Assembly: GCF_026210795.1 (NCBI RefSeq)
Contig: NC_089432.1
Span: forward strand, 2,418,001 to 2,482,000
DNA length: 64,000 bases
Direction: 5' to 3'
Source: Rhizophagus irregularis
Lineage: Eukaryota
In this document: positions 11,660 through 25,399 of the stretch, piece by piece
Layout of the letters: every line of letters starts with the position of its first letter
Position numbering within the stretch: the first letter of the stretch is position 1
The notes under the pieces: model-generated
Database searches by the model: none
Told to the model about the DNA's origin: nothing
The model's input: the letters and a program-made list of their open reading frames with translations, nothing else
Translations under genes and position numbers: made by a program

Positions 11660-14600
11660 GTGCCACCTATCCAACTAAAAAGAACTATTAGTTTTGATAT
11701 TAAGAGAGAAATCTGTGAATATAGTATGGTAACAAATCCCAATGTAAATCAAGGTGGTGTTGCTTCATTTTTTAATAAAAAATAGCATAGCAGGCTTTCG
11801 ATTTTATCACACAAGTTTTTTCGATTTTATCACGTGATATACAATTCCGATATGAAACATTGTTTAATTTTTTGAATAATTCGGCATATTAATATATCCT
11901 TAAATTCTATCAATATATATGTCCTATATTAAATTTTAATTATACCAATTTTTATTAAAATCAGATTATTATTGGCTAACTTTTATATGTAACAACTTAT
12001 TAATTTAACGTGATCAATACATTTTTTTGATATAAATGTTTGGTGAATTCAAAATTCTACATAATAATTATAACTCAAACTTTCCAAATTAATAAATAGC
12101 AACTTGATATACTTGTATTCAAAATTTTACTGAATATGGATGTAAAATAAAGAACTTTAATATATATCATCTGTGTAAAATTAAAATCAAACATAATTCT
12201 TATAAAAAAAATGCAAATAATTTAACTTACATATAAACTAGGCGGACGTTTTTATATTCACTTTAAATAATAGACCAAGACCTATCCAACAAATTAAAAA
12301 TTACTTTGGTTGAATCATTGGTTGATGAATAAATGCGTTCAACACATTTATTCCTAATTATGAATTTGATTGTCAACATTTCTATATGTAGTGAATCAAT
12401 TGGAAAGATCTTTGATTCCAAAATTAGAGTGTGATTTAATCTTTTAAAATGTAGAATTATTTGTTTAGCCAATATACACACTGAGAAAATAATACCATAT
12501 TACTAATATTACATCATAAAATTTCTTACCAATAAGTTATTTTTAAGATTTTGTATTTTATTCAAAGGAATGAAAAAGAGTCATTCACTATTCAAAGAAA
12601 ATAAAATAATAGATAGATCAGTTTCTAACAGAGAAAAATTATGTAAATAATTTATTATAAAACCCAAAAAATTTGTTTTTTAAGAAGTTGTTAAATATAC
12701 AAAGAAAAGAGCTTCTTCAAAAGGGTTCTTCCATCATAAATTTCAATAAACATATAGTAGATTAAAAAGCTTAAGTAAAAACAAACCTTTGAATATGTCT
12801 GTTTCCATTGTTGTAAATAGATCTCATATTTCTTTGTTTCTTCAGCTTATTACAATTCGAAAGAAAATGTACTATGCTTATTTTCATTTTATAAGAAGTT
12901 TTCAAGTGTTTATAATTTCTGGATTCCATCTCCAATAGCCAGATTCCTTTGTAATACGTTTAAACATAACCTGAAGAATTGATTTTTTTTATCGTCCTTT
13001 GCTATTAAATTTTTTGTGGCACAATTAAAATAAATTAGTACAATTATCATATGCCGATACATTTGATATCCAGCCAATAAAATACATATCTATGTAACAA
13101 ACAATTACGTCAGTGTTACGACTGTTATGTCATTTAAAATTACTTGAAAACTTGATGATTTACTTAAATTTTATTTGTTATTTAAGTAAAAATCACATTT
13201 GCCAATCGTCATGTGATTATTTGAAAATCGGAAAGCCTGCTATGCTATAAAAAATATCAAAATTAAATATTGATAGAATGACTATTAATAAAATCTGGAA
13301 AAATGGCTTTCTGTTTTATCTACTTCACAAACTTCACATATTTTTTGCCACCGTTCTGTTCGATTTCCAGAACTTGATAAGGCTATGCAAATTTGGACTT
13401 CACAAGCAATAGCTGATGGAGTTCCTTTAACTGATGATATGATATTACAACAAAAAGGCTTAGAGTTTGCTAAAACATTAAATGTTAAAGATCAGTTAAA
13501 ATGTACTAATGGTTGGGTATACAGATTTAAATTGCAAAATGGTCTTCAAAGAATTAATATGTCAGGAGAAGCTAATAGTGCTCCACTCGAGACTCTTCCA
13601 GAAGAACGTTTGCCTGTGTACTCTTTTAGCTAAATATAATGAAGAAGATATTTATAATGCAGATGAAACAGGACTTTTTTTTCGAATGGAACCAAATCAA
13701 ACACTTGGTACAGGTAAAATTTCTGGCCAAAAAAAGGTAAAATTAATATAATTTATATTAATTAAAAATTTGGTTTATTTATTTATATTTTATTTTAATT
13801 TTGTAGGATAAAACCCGAGTTTCTATTCTTTTTTGTGCTAATGCTACAAGTTCTCATAAATTTCGGCCTCTTGTAATTGGAAATCACTTAATCCTAGGTG
13901 TTTTAAAAATTTCAACAAGTCAGCCCTTCCTGTAATTTATCATGCTAATTCAAAGGTGTGGATGAGAGCAGATATTTTTATTGAATGGCTCCATCACCTT
14001 GATAATTATTTTTGCATAATGAATCAAAAAATATTACTCCTTATTGATAATGCAGGGTCTCACTTTAATCCAAAAGTATTTGAAGAAACTAATTCTGACT
14101 TAAGTGAGAGTGATGAAGAAGAAGTTGCAGAATCATCTCATTCAGCTCAAAATAGGAAAAAGGCTAAAAAAAAAGGTAGCAAAAAAGAAACCTGATATTA
14201 AACTTACTAATATTGAGATTGTTTATCTCCCACCAAACACTACAGCCCATTTGCAACCAATGGATGCAGGCATTATCCATAGTTTTAAAGCAAAATACAA
14301 AAGGAAGTTTTATAATCACACAATTCGTCAATTTGATAGGGGAATAAACTGAGAAACGTAAGTTTAATCATTTAAGTTTATAGCATTTATCTGTTTATTT
14401 TACAGTAATTTAATATCTTTTTTTATTTAGAAATTAAATATCAAAGAGGCAATTGATTACATTGCTGAGGCATGGGAGAATGTCACGCAAACAACTATCC
14501 GAAATTGTTAGGTTAAAACAGGAATATCACCATCTTCTGATTGTATTATAGACGATGTTAATATACAAGGTATTGAGTTAAATAAATTAAACGAATTAAA

Positions 14601-14980
14601 TGAAATTAATCTTGATCTTTTACCAGAAGCTGATGATTTACAAGAATATTTTCATATGCTTGACCATGATATTCCAACTGAAGAACATCTTACTTATGAA
14701 CAAATTATTACAAATTATTAATTTGTTGCATGATGAAGGAAATGAAAGCGATAGCGGGGAGATATATCAAATGATAAGAAAGCAATAATAGTAACAGAAA
14801 AAAAGGAGTTGGAGCATTAAAGCATTAAAAACATTTATTAATTATTTTGAGCAACAAAATGATCCAGAATTTAATATTGATGAACTGCATGTTTTTAGAA
14901 AATACTTGCGAATTATCAAAGTTAGAGAGTTTATTTAATTCAAAGCATCAAACTACACTTGATATCCTTTTTAAAAGATG
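11660..14980 (+). pseudogene. pogo-type transposase (CENP-B HTH + DDE_1), frameshifted and split by a nested element
   Basis: Fragments CTNGWVYRFK, IYNADETGLFFRMEP, LLLIDNAGSH, YLPPNTTAHLQPMDAGII in shifting frames. Confidence 0.88.
11784..13246. mobile_element. Nested non-autonomous TIR element, Mutator-like by TSD length
   Basis: Perfect TIR agcatagcaggctttc / gaaagcctgctatgct; 9-bp TSD ataaaaaat; interrupts the pogo ORF. Confidence 0.8.
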
Positions 14981-16855
14981 AAATTAATAGTTATAATACC
15001 ATTAAAATTAACATTATAATATAGTAATAATTATAGGTAATATAGTAATATAATTTTATATCAGTAATAAAGGGGTGCATTCTTATATGATTTTACGTGT
15101 TTTTTGTGTATGTGTTTGTGTACTGTAAATCAAAATTGTATAAGTTTGAAATCGGAAGGGTGGGTAATGGGAAATCAAGATTTTTTTAAAATGTGTTAAT
15201 TCTGCTTTTATTTACTTAAACTTTTCATTAAAAAATTCATATATAATAAAAAAAATTTCACATATAATCACACTAATTCAAAATTTTATGTAAATGTGAC
15301 TATAAAGTAAAGCTTCACTAAAAGCACTCTCCTTTATAGTCACATCATTTGGTGGTCCAAAGGGGTGTGATTGTAGAGGGGGACACTGTATCACAATTTT
15401 ACTAATAAATTCAATGTATTTTAATTATTTGAATAATTATGACAGATTGAGCAGAAAAATATGAGATAACAAATAATAAATGATTAATAATTAATCGGAT
15501 AATTTAATAGTTACTAATTAATTGACAAACAATTTTAACCTGCCACGATTCACATTTTATTAATTTTAGCGTATTAATTTTTCGATTTGCTGCATCTTAA
15601 TAAAATTTCTGTATTTTTATTTGTTTATTTTTTTTTAACACTGCTTATAATTTTTGTAATTGAATATTTATATGAATAAGTATGTAATAAATATATTTCG
15701 GTTACTTATAGTGAACTAATAAATTTTTATTTATTATTTAGAAGAAAATACTCAAATTTTTATTATTATTAAAAGAACGTTTCAATTATATGATTAAAAT
15801 ATTACTTTATTAGCAGCAAGTGTGAACATTTCAATATATTTTGAATTTCTTTTGGCGAAAAGAATTTTCATTTGCTGTTGTTAGCTACTAGTTGTTATTT
15901 CCAAAAATGATGACCTTTAGAAATTGTAGTGAAAGATGCAAGCTTTGATGACTCAAGTAAAGTTTCTTCAATATTTTCAGAAAATCATCATTCAGTTCAT
16001 TATCACACATGTTAAATAGCTACTTTATAAAATAAGATGTAATATAAAACAAAGGTTTATTCTATTAAACAAAACAATTTTTTTTTTACAAGGTCAAACC
16101 AACTAAATATATTAAAAAAAAACTTATTAAAGTAATAATTATTTATTTCGATTAACCTAGAATTGAATAAGGTTTAGCTTTAAAATATAGGGATGACTTT
16201 TACAATATTATTTCAGTATATTAGTATTATATTTACGGAATTTTTTTTAGGAAACAATTCATAGCCAATAGAAGCGTGTTGATTTGTCTACTTATTTTGT
16301 CAATGAATAAGTACTGATTGATTTAATTTAAGATAAACAATAAAAGACTTATTGCTGAAACCGATATGATGAAAGCGGTACTGTATATAATTCAGTGATG
16401 AACGATAAATATAAAAATCTTAAAAATTTTAAAGTATAAATTTTATTTTACGTAGTTTTTAGTAATGTCTCAAATATAAATTACTTTTTAAAAAAAATTT
16501 CAATTTGTGATAACCTTTTTATTTTACGGGTATGCGCATATTTTATTTTGCAGAGATAGCAATTTGCATAAAAGACAAATAAGTTTCCTTAAGGAGATCG
16601 TGCTACATAGTATAGAATATTTGTATGACAATATTGAAATTACAAAATTTATTTCTATTTTACATTGAGAATATATTACTATATTTCAATGATGTATATG
16701 ATGCAAACAGTTGATATAACTCAAATTTGTAAACATAAAAATATACTGATTAAACTTGCAAATCTTTTATTTAATGCCGTTCCAACTTAAAGTACCCACC
16801 TCTCTATTTTTTTTAAAAATCTAAATTTTGATAAACATATAATGACACATGTTTA

Positions 16856-16952
16856 CTCTATAAAAAATTTTATCACGTGTCTGAGTTTCTTCGAAATAAA
16901 AACTAGAAAAATGATCATTTATCGGAGTTTTTTCCAGAATTTTTTTATAGGG
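16856..16952. mobile_element. 97-bp CCCTA-family MITE
   Basis: ctctataaaaaa...ttttttataggg; 3-bp TSD tta; similar to 17365-17463. Confidence 0.8.
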
Positions 16953-17364
16953 TTAAACCCCCCTTCAAACTATTCAGAAAATCTAGACGTTAAACAAACA
17001 ATCAATATGTGCTCTGGTAATTTTCCTTCTAACGCTTTAGTTATTTTAATAGAAAATAGTTAATTACATGACTTAATTTAAAAAAAGGTTTAATTTTAAA
17101 TGGACATTCCAAAATCACTAATTCCAAATTTATGAAACATTTATTTGAACACAGATGTGTATTCTATTTTAATAGATACAGTGTTTTACATAAGATTATG
17201 TATCATGACAGAATAAAATTTTTTTTTTTGTAGAAAACTAAAAATTACGACATATTAAAAAAGAACACACACGTAATATTTTAAACAAGGCGAAAGAATA
17301 TTTTCTTTGCTTTAAAATTCCATTAATTAATGTTCACAAAATTTAATTATAAAGTTATTACCAA

Positions 17365-17463
17365 CCCTGTAAGAAAAATGATCACATGTCTGAGTTTCTC
17401 CGGAATAAAAACCAGAAAAATGATCATTATCCAGGAGTTTTTTCCATAAATTTTTTTATAGGG
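17365..17463. mobile_element. 99-bp CCCTA-family MITE
   Basis: ccctgtaagaaaaa...tttttttataggg; 3-bp TSD caa. Confidence 0.8.
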
Positions 17464-17480
17464 CAAAAAATAATCTAGGA

Positions 17481-18377
17481 TAGTGCTTCGATCCCGTCAT
17501 CAGGGTTACACAAAAAAGGATCCGGATTTTATCCGGATCAATCCAGATTCTTATCCGGGTCAAATAATCCGGATAGAAACCGGAATCCGGATTGGATTTA
17601 CAACTGATCGGCAATAATTCTGGCCAGAATTCATAACGCCGGCCAGAATTACAAATTTGTGTAACATTAAAATTCTTCGTGGCACTATGCTTAGCCAATA
17701 AAAAATGTTTTACCCGGTGGCTAAACTATTTTTCCGGTATCACGTGATATTAATTTCGGCCAGAATTACATATTTGGCCAAATTATCTAAGACCGCGAAA
17801 TTTTCATAGTTCCAATTTTATTCAATACTTTTTTTAACCAATTACATATTATTCAGCATTTTTCAGACTATTGTTTAACATTTATTTGTAAATTAACTAT
17901 TAAACTATGAAATTTTGGATAAACAAAATGTTTTGTATACAGCTGAAGATTACTATAGATAGATGTTTTGAGTTAGTAAGGCAATTTTTAAATGTTAAAA
18001 TGAGATTTGTTTCTTCTTTCAAAAATTAAAGAATCATTTGAATCAAATTATATAACACTAAGGTTTTAATTTTTAAAAAAAAGTTGTCTCAAATTTTATA
18101 ATATCCCAATTTTTTTCATTTAAAGTCAGTTGACCAAACATGTCATTCAAGTGTTTTCAGTGTTTTCACTTTTCAATATTTAAAGTTTTGTCTATAGTCG
18201 TACTTTAATGAAAAAAAACATATACTTATTTCTTGTAAATCTTAAAATTACAGTGCTATGAAAAAAAAAAATATAAATATTCATTTCATCTGGATTACAA
18301 TCCGGATGAAAACCGCAAAATCCGGATATCCGAAAAAAAAAATATCCGGATCGATCCGGATACGGATCGAAGCACTA
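17481..18377. mobile_element. hAT-type MITE
   Basis: Perfect 8-bp TSD atctagga; TIR tagtgcttcgatcc / ggatcgaagcacta; subterminal tccgga repeats. Confidence 0.9.
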
Positions 18378-20608
18378 ATCTAGGAATTTTATAATCGTTG
18401 GTATTTGCCCATTTTACTGCCAGGTAAAGCTTGCCACATACCACACTATTTTTAAATTTTCGTCAGCAGTTTCACGCTTATTCAATAGAGCAGTTTAAGT
18501 TATTAATCCTATAAATGGTTTGCAAATAAAGACGATCATGATGGTCAAGAGGTACAATTTACTTAAAATCGTTATGATTAATTCTTATAACGGTTAAAAA
18601 TTTTGCTGCTTTTTAGTGTATAATTAAAGTGATTTAACTTACTTTAGTATTAATATCGATATTGAAAGTGTCAGTATAACCGATATCGTATCACGGTAAA
18701 ATGTTAATCAATAAAGCTGTTCCAACTGGAATTAGTTACTTTTTCAGGTTTATTTATACATAAGAAATTTATGTTTGTAAGCATATCTTATAACACATTA
18801 TATGATTATAAAATTTCAATTATTTCATGCATTTAATCCTAAAAATTATTTAGTTTGAGATTGTAATAGTATTTATCGTTCAAAATGTCGGGAATCAGCA
18901 AAAAAGTTACTAGATTTGGAAAGGTTACTTAGCTTCTAGATCAATAAAGATTAGCGTTAGTTTATTTAAAAAAGTAATTCACATGTCGTTAAGGAGTTAA
19001 AAAAAAAATGAGCAACAAATGGTATTACAAAATCGATAAAAAAGGTTGATTGATCCGGTAAAAAGAGTACCCATAGTCAATCAGTCAATCAGTCATACTG
19101 TCATACATCATGAAGCCATCACGTGTCATTGATTTTTTTATATATCGAAGAAATGGGACAAGACTAAGCAACATTTAGATAAACTTGGCTACGTGACAAG
19201 ATTACGCATAAAAAATTATTTAAATACTAAACGGTAAGGGCTGACATTAGACTTACTTTGGTAGCAAGCGAACAATTTAGAACGGGGCTTGTAATGTAGT
19301 TTTTACAAAAATAATAGAAAATATTTCGTTCATTGGTTTTCTGACTCGATGAAACTTTCACAAGTTCGGAAAAGATATGCTTAACAGCTTACCAACGAAA
19401 TAAAAATATGATCAATCCGAAATTGAAATCCAATTTTATTATTGAAAATAAAAAATATAAAGGATTTTTGTTTATATTTTAAATGAAAATGGGATGATGT
19501 ACACATTGGAGAAGTCAGAACTCAGAAGTCTATTCAGGATTAAGGAATTTCTGATGGCCTACAAGCAAAATTTCCAGATGAATATTTTTGATAAGGAAGG
19601 CATTATAATTTTTAAATTAAGCATCAAATTTCAAGGTTTCACTAACAAACGTAGTCTTTCAATTTCTAAGAACAATAGGGACGGTATGTAAAGATATCCC
19701 TTGATCAGCATAGGATACAGATACAAGTCTGGACCAAGGTATGAGGGAAGAAATTAACAAAATTAATAATACTGGGAAATGAGAATTGTTCAGCGTCTTT
19801 GAACATGGACACAAAGGAAACAAGTTTTGAAGATGCTTTTGCGAGTTCAAAGAATTTAGAAAAAGAAGAATACAGATAGGACCTTCCAGATTAAACTTTC
19901 AAATCAGTAAATATTAGTTTAGTGATATTAGAATTAGGATATTGCAGAAAATTTAGAAAATTAGAAAAATACTGTAAAAATTCAAAATGCATACTTTAGA
20001 AAATATTTTGATATTCACATAGGAGTCTGCTTTTGATAGACTAAATGATATTTGTTTATATTTGTATATTTTACACCTGATCCTAGTACACCAATAGATT
20101 ATGCAAAGATTTAATATTTATATATTTAATTATTTGTTGTAATAGTATTAAATTCATTTCATTTCTTATAAATATACTTCATATTTTTGTTGGAAAAGTG
20201 AGCCAGATAATCGTCCGGTTATAATAAGTAGTTATTAAATAGAATGCTAATTTTACAATAATATAATTGTAAAAGAATCAATTATCAAAACAACAAAATT
20301 TTTAGAATATCGTTGAAATTATTAATCAGAGAATAATTTTTTTAAACGTGTTAAATAAAAAAATACTAATCTCATTCTTAGATTTTAGACAATATTGTAA
20401 TCTGATATAACTATAAGATCTATTACACTCTAGTTAGTAATTAAGAATCAGTAAACAAAATTTTGTTTTTGAAATATAAACTTTGATTTTATAAATTTTT
20501 AAAGTATTTGTTGATAAAACGTTAAAATAAAGTTATAATGATAAACATTTCGATCATCAAAGTTTGATGATCTAACTTAAAAAAAGTAAATAATCGACAG
20601 TTACCTTT

Positions 20609-20992
20609 TATGGAAAGCCGTCCTTGACAAAAGGTTGATGTCCAGACATCATGAAATATAATGTTTAGACATCATGATGGTATGTCTAGACATCATGTTT
20701 GATATATGTAGGATGATGTTTATACATTATTTAACATGATGTAAAAGACATCAACCGACATGATGTCTAGACATCATGCTGATCAAATTACCAAATATAG
20801 TATATTATAAGTTACACAAAATAAAATTTACTATATTTGGTAACATGATGTCTAAGACATCATGTCGGTTAATGCTTGAGCATCATGTTGAATGATGTAC
20901 AAACATTATTCTACATATATCAAACATGATGTCTAGACATTATCCAACATGATGTCTGGATATCAACCTTTTGTCAAGGACGGCTTTCCATA
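20609..20992. mobile_element. IS3EU-type palindromic MITE, 120 bp upstream of gene B
   Basis: Long TIR tatggaaagccgtccttgacaaaaggttgat...; TAYGG termini and 6-bp TSD accttt match the IS3EU superfamily; internal gacatcatg repeats. Confidence 0.85.
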
Positions 20993-21112
20993 ACCTTTGG
21001 CGTTCTGTGATACCATTTTATTTATAAATAATCAAAAAAATTTTCTTCATTTTTTCCATTTTTGAAAAGAATAAATTTAAATTCCGCAGCAATAATTTTT
21101 CTATACTCAACA

Positions 21113-24100
21113 ATGTCTAATAGCGCTGAACTTATTAGTAATTCAAATGATTAGAATGAATGGATTGAAGAAGCAATTTCTAAAAAACATATTAAATATT
21201 ATGAATATGAACAATTTTATAATATTCAGAAAATTGGTTCCGGTGGCTTTGGAAAGGTTTATCATGCGAATTGGAAGAATTCTCATAAGCGTTGTGCAAT
21301 AAAATCATTTTTTAATATCAATGATGCTACAATCAAAGCAATAGTTCGTGAGGTAATTATGATGTCAAACATTTTTTCGTTATTATTATAAATATTTAAG
21401 TTAATAATTTATTTATCACCTAGATTCAACTTCAACGCGAAGTTGATTTTCATGATAATGTTATTCGTTTTTATGGGGTTACAGCTTCTATTAAGGGTAT
21501 GATAAGTTCTAATATTTATAATATTATACAATAATTAATTAATTAATTTATAAAAATTTTTTTTTTAAGACAATCAAAAAAAAGAATATTCATTAGTGAT
21601 AGAATATGCATGCAGAAAATGGTACCCTCCGAAAATATTTAAAAGAAAATTTTGAAAATCTCACTTGGAACAATAAATTTAATCTTGCATCCCAACTGGC
21701 TTATGCAGTATCATGTTTACACGGTGAAGGGATCATGCACCGCGATTTAGTAAATATATTACAATTTAATTAGTTATTTTATTTTATTGATGTTTTGTCT
21801 TAATGCTGGTTCAATATTGATAGCACTCCAATAACGTGTTAGTCCATCAGAATATTATTAAGCTAGCAGATTTTGGTTTATTAAAAAGAATTGAGGAAAC
21901 ATCCAACTCTCAATCGAGAACATTTGGATTAATTCCTTATACTGATTCAAAAAGCTTTAATGGAAGTGCATATTTATTAAACAAAAAAAGTGATGTTTAC
22001 GGCGTAGGTGTATTACTATGGGAAATATCCAGTTGTCAGCCTCCTTTTCATGGTAAACGATGTGATGCTGGTTTAGCCTTGAATATTTTACAAGGCCTTA
22101 GAGAGACACCCATTCATAATACACCAGAAGAATATATAAGTATTTATACTGGTAAATACAATTTAAACTATCATAACTTATAAATAATGTCAGTTTTAAT
22201 TAATTAAAAGCATTCTTTTTTTGTAGCTTGTTGGAATGTTAAACCTGATAATCGTCCAACTATCGATCAAGTGGTTAATAAATTAGATAAATTAAAGGCA
22301 AAACAAAATATAATTATAAAAGATTTTCACTTATATAATAATGACAATGATATACAATCATCATATAACTACCAGTCTAATTCAGATGTAATTTCTGAAA
22401 ATATTGATTCATCACATGGAAATTTATCTCAAATTATTCAAAACTTCAATATAATGAATACAAAAGAAATAGAATCTTCAATGTCATCAGGTAACCTATT
22501 TGAGAATAGCTTTGATACTATAGTTAATGATATAATTAATTATCTTGTTGGTGATAGTATTGAAGTAGGAAAACAAAAAGTCCTAAATTATCTTAATAAC
22601 CATAATATAACTTTACAGGACTTTAATAATTTATTATTAAATAATCAAAATAACTCAAATTCTATTTACTTACTTGGAAAATTTAATGACTTAGGAATTG
22701 GAATCTGTGCTGATAGTCAAAAAGCATTTGAGTTTTATCAAAAAGCAACAGATTTAGGAAATGCATTTGGAATAAATGAGTTAGGATATTGTTATGAAAA
22801 AGGAATTGGAACTAATATTGATAAGAAAAAAGCATTTGAATTATATCAAAAAGCAGCAGATTTAGAAAATTCATTTGGTTTATATAATTTAGGAGTTTGT
22901 TATGAAAAAGGAATTGGAACTAATATTGATAAAAAAAAGCATTTGAATTATATCAAAAGGCTGCAAATTTGGGAAATTCATATGGAATAAATAGTTTAGG
23001 ACATTGTTATCAATATGGAATTGGAACTGATATTGATAAGAAAAAAGCATTTGAACTATATGAAAAGGCTGTAGTGGATTCAGAAAATTCATTTGGAATG
23101 ATTGATTTAGGTTATTGTTATGAAAATGGAATTGGAACTGATACCAATAATAAAAAGGCATTTGAATTATATCAAAAGGCAGTAGAATTAGGAGACACAT
23201 CCGTAATAACCAACTTAGGATATTGTTATGAAAAAGGAATTGGAACTGATATTGATAATAAAAAAGCATTTGAATTATATCAAAAAGCAGCAGATTTAGA
23301 AAATTCATCTGGGATGTATAATTTAGGAGATTGTTATGAAAAAGGAATTGGAACTGATATTGATAATAAAAAAGAATTTGAATTATATCAAAAAGCAGCA
23401 GATTTAGAAAATTCATCTGGGATGTATAATTTAGGAGATTGTTATGAAAAAGGAATTGGAACTGATATTGATAAGAAAAAAGCATTTGAATTATATCAAA
23501 ATGCTGCAGATTTAGGAAATTCATATGGAATAAATAGTCTAGGATTTTGTTATGAAAAAGGAATTGGAACTGATATTGATAATAAAAAAGCATTTGAATT
23601 GTATCAAAAGGCTGCAGATTTAGGAAATGCATCTGGAATGAATAATTTAGGAGGTTATTATGAAAATGGAATTGGAACTGATACTGACAAGAAAAAAGCA
23701 TTTGATTTATATCAAAAGGCAGCAGAATTAGGAAATTCATTTGGAATGCATAATTTAGGAGATTGTTATGAAAAAGGAATTGGAACTGATATTGATAAGA
23801 AAAAAGCATTTGAATTATATCAAAAGGCTGCAGATTTGGAAATTTATATGGAATAAATAATTTAGGAAATTGTTATCAATATGGAATTGGAACTGATATT
23901 AATGAGAAAAAAGCATTTGATTTATATCAAAATGCAGCAGATTTAGAAGATGCATTTGGAATGAATAATTTAGGATATTGTTATGAAAATGGGATTGGAA
24001 CTGATATTGATATGAAAAAAGCATTAGAATTATATCAGAAAGCGGCAGATTTAGAAAATTTATCTGGAATGTATAATTTAGAAGATAATTATGAAAAAGA

Positions 24101-24765
24101 AATTGGAACTAATATTGATAAGAAAATGCATTTGAATTATATGAAAATGTAGCTGCTGAATTAAGGAATTCATTTGGAAAAAATAATTTAGAAAATTGTC
24201 ATCAACATGGAATTGAAACTGATATTGATGATAAGAAAAAAGCATTTGAATTATATCAAAAGGCAGCAGAATTAGGAGATGCACTTGGAATAACCAACTT
24301 GGGATGTTGTTATGAAAATGGAACTGGTACTGATATTGATAAGAAAAAAGCATTTGAATTATATCAAAAGGCTGCAGATTTAGGAAATTCATTTGGAATA
24401 TATAATTTAGGAAATTGTTATCAACATGGAATTGGAACTGATATTGATAAGAAAAAAGCATTTGAATCATATCAAAAGGCTGCAGATTTAGGAAATTCAT
24501 TTGGAATATATAATTTAGGAAATTGTTATCAACATGGAATTGAAACTGATATTGATAAGAAAAAAGCATTTGAATTATATCAAAAGGCTGCAGATTTGGG
24601 AAACAGTTTAGCTCAATATTGTCTTGCTGTGATGTATGAGAATGGGGAAGGAACTGCTAAAAATATAGCTAAAGCAATTTATTGGTACAAAAAACAGAAT
24701 ACTTGAGATAATTTAGAGAAATCTAAAATTAGAAAATAAGGAACAATTTATGTAAAGTAAATTAA
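21113..24765 (+). pseudogene. Gene B: TKL kinase + ~19 SEL1 repeats, disrupted
   Basis: Same exon layout as A. TAG at codon 14, 4-bp duplication at ~21606, frameshifts in the repeat array; vestigial ...NNLCKVN* end. Confidence 0.9.
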
Positions 24766-25399
24766 TAATATTTATTCAAGTATTTTTCAAAATAAAAATG
24801 CTACTGTAATAGAAATACTATTTTATAATAAAATTTGTTCTAATAAATTTGTTAAATGTTATTTTTAATAACTGTTATATTGAAATTTATCATATATAAT
24901 TTATAAAATCCAAGTAATCATGATAAATTGGTTGATATATCAGAAATATCTTATATTTCAGAATTATTGTTTTTAATAAATTTTATATAAAACTTGCATT
25001 AGCAGTTAGAATCAATTGTATTAAGATTTGCAGAAAAATAAGCTATTTTAAATTTAATTAAAGATCACAATACTTTATATTACTGATTTTTTTTATTTAA
25101 AAGAGAATTTTGCTAAAGGATCTTTGGATAAAATGTGTCATTTTACCAAAACTATAACTTTTTTATATAAAGATAGAATAAACTGAGTAACTGACTTCAA
25201 AACCATCCGATTTGTTAAGATTTTTTCCAGAAATGTTGACATTCAGTGTGCCCACGAGTCTTCCGAGTCTACCAAAATTGTCACCTCACGTGACCAATAA
25301 ATTTCGATTACCTTTTTTGTATTAGTTTGTTTTTAATTATATTTACATTGCGAAACACGATAAAATACAATTTTTTCTGACTTTATTTTTTGATGAACA

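Larger units (their letters stand above)
11310..15388 (+). mobile_element. pogo/Fot1-like (Tc1-mariner superfamily) transposon with decayed transposase
   Basis: TA flanks; TIR cagttgtcccctctatagtca / tgattgtagagggggacactg. Confidence 0.9.

Noticed and set aside
19490..19900. Purine-rich, coding-like stretch
   Set aside because: Stops in all frames and no recognisable motif.
22915..22945. A-run frameshifts as programmed phase variation (also ~9255, 9900, 61365)
   Set aside because: Cannot be told apart from homopolymer sequencing error or pseudogene decay without reads; the same genes also carry nonsense codons.
22889..24569. Minus-strand ORFs of type MLFSYQYQFQF... (also 9477, 32121, 32448, 49114-50607, 61481)
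   Set aside because: Antisense shadows of the SEL1 repeat codons.
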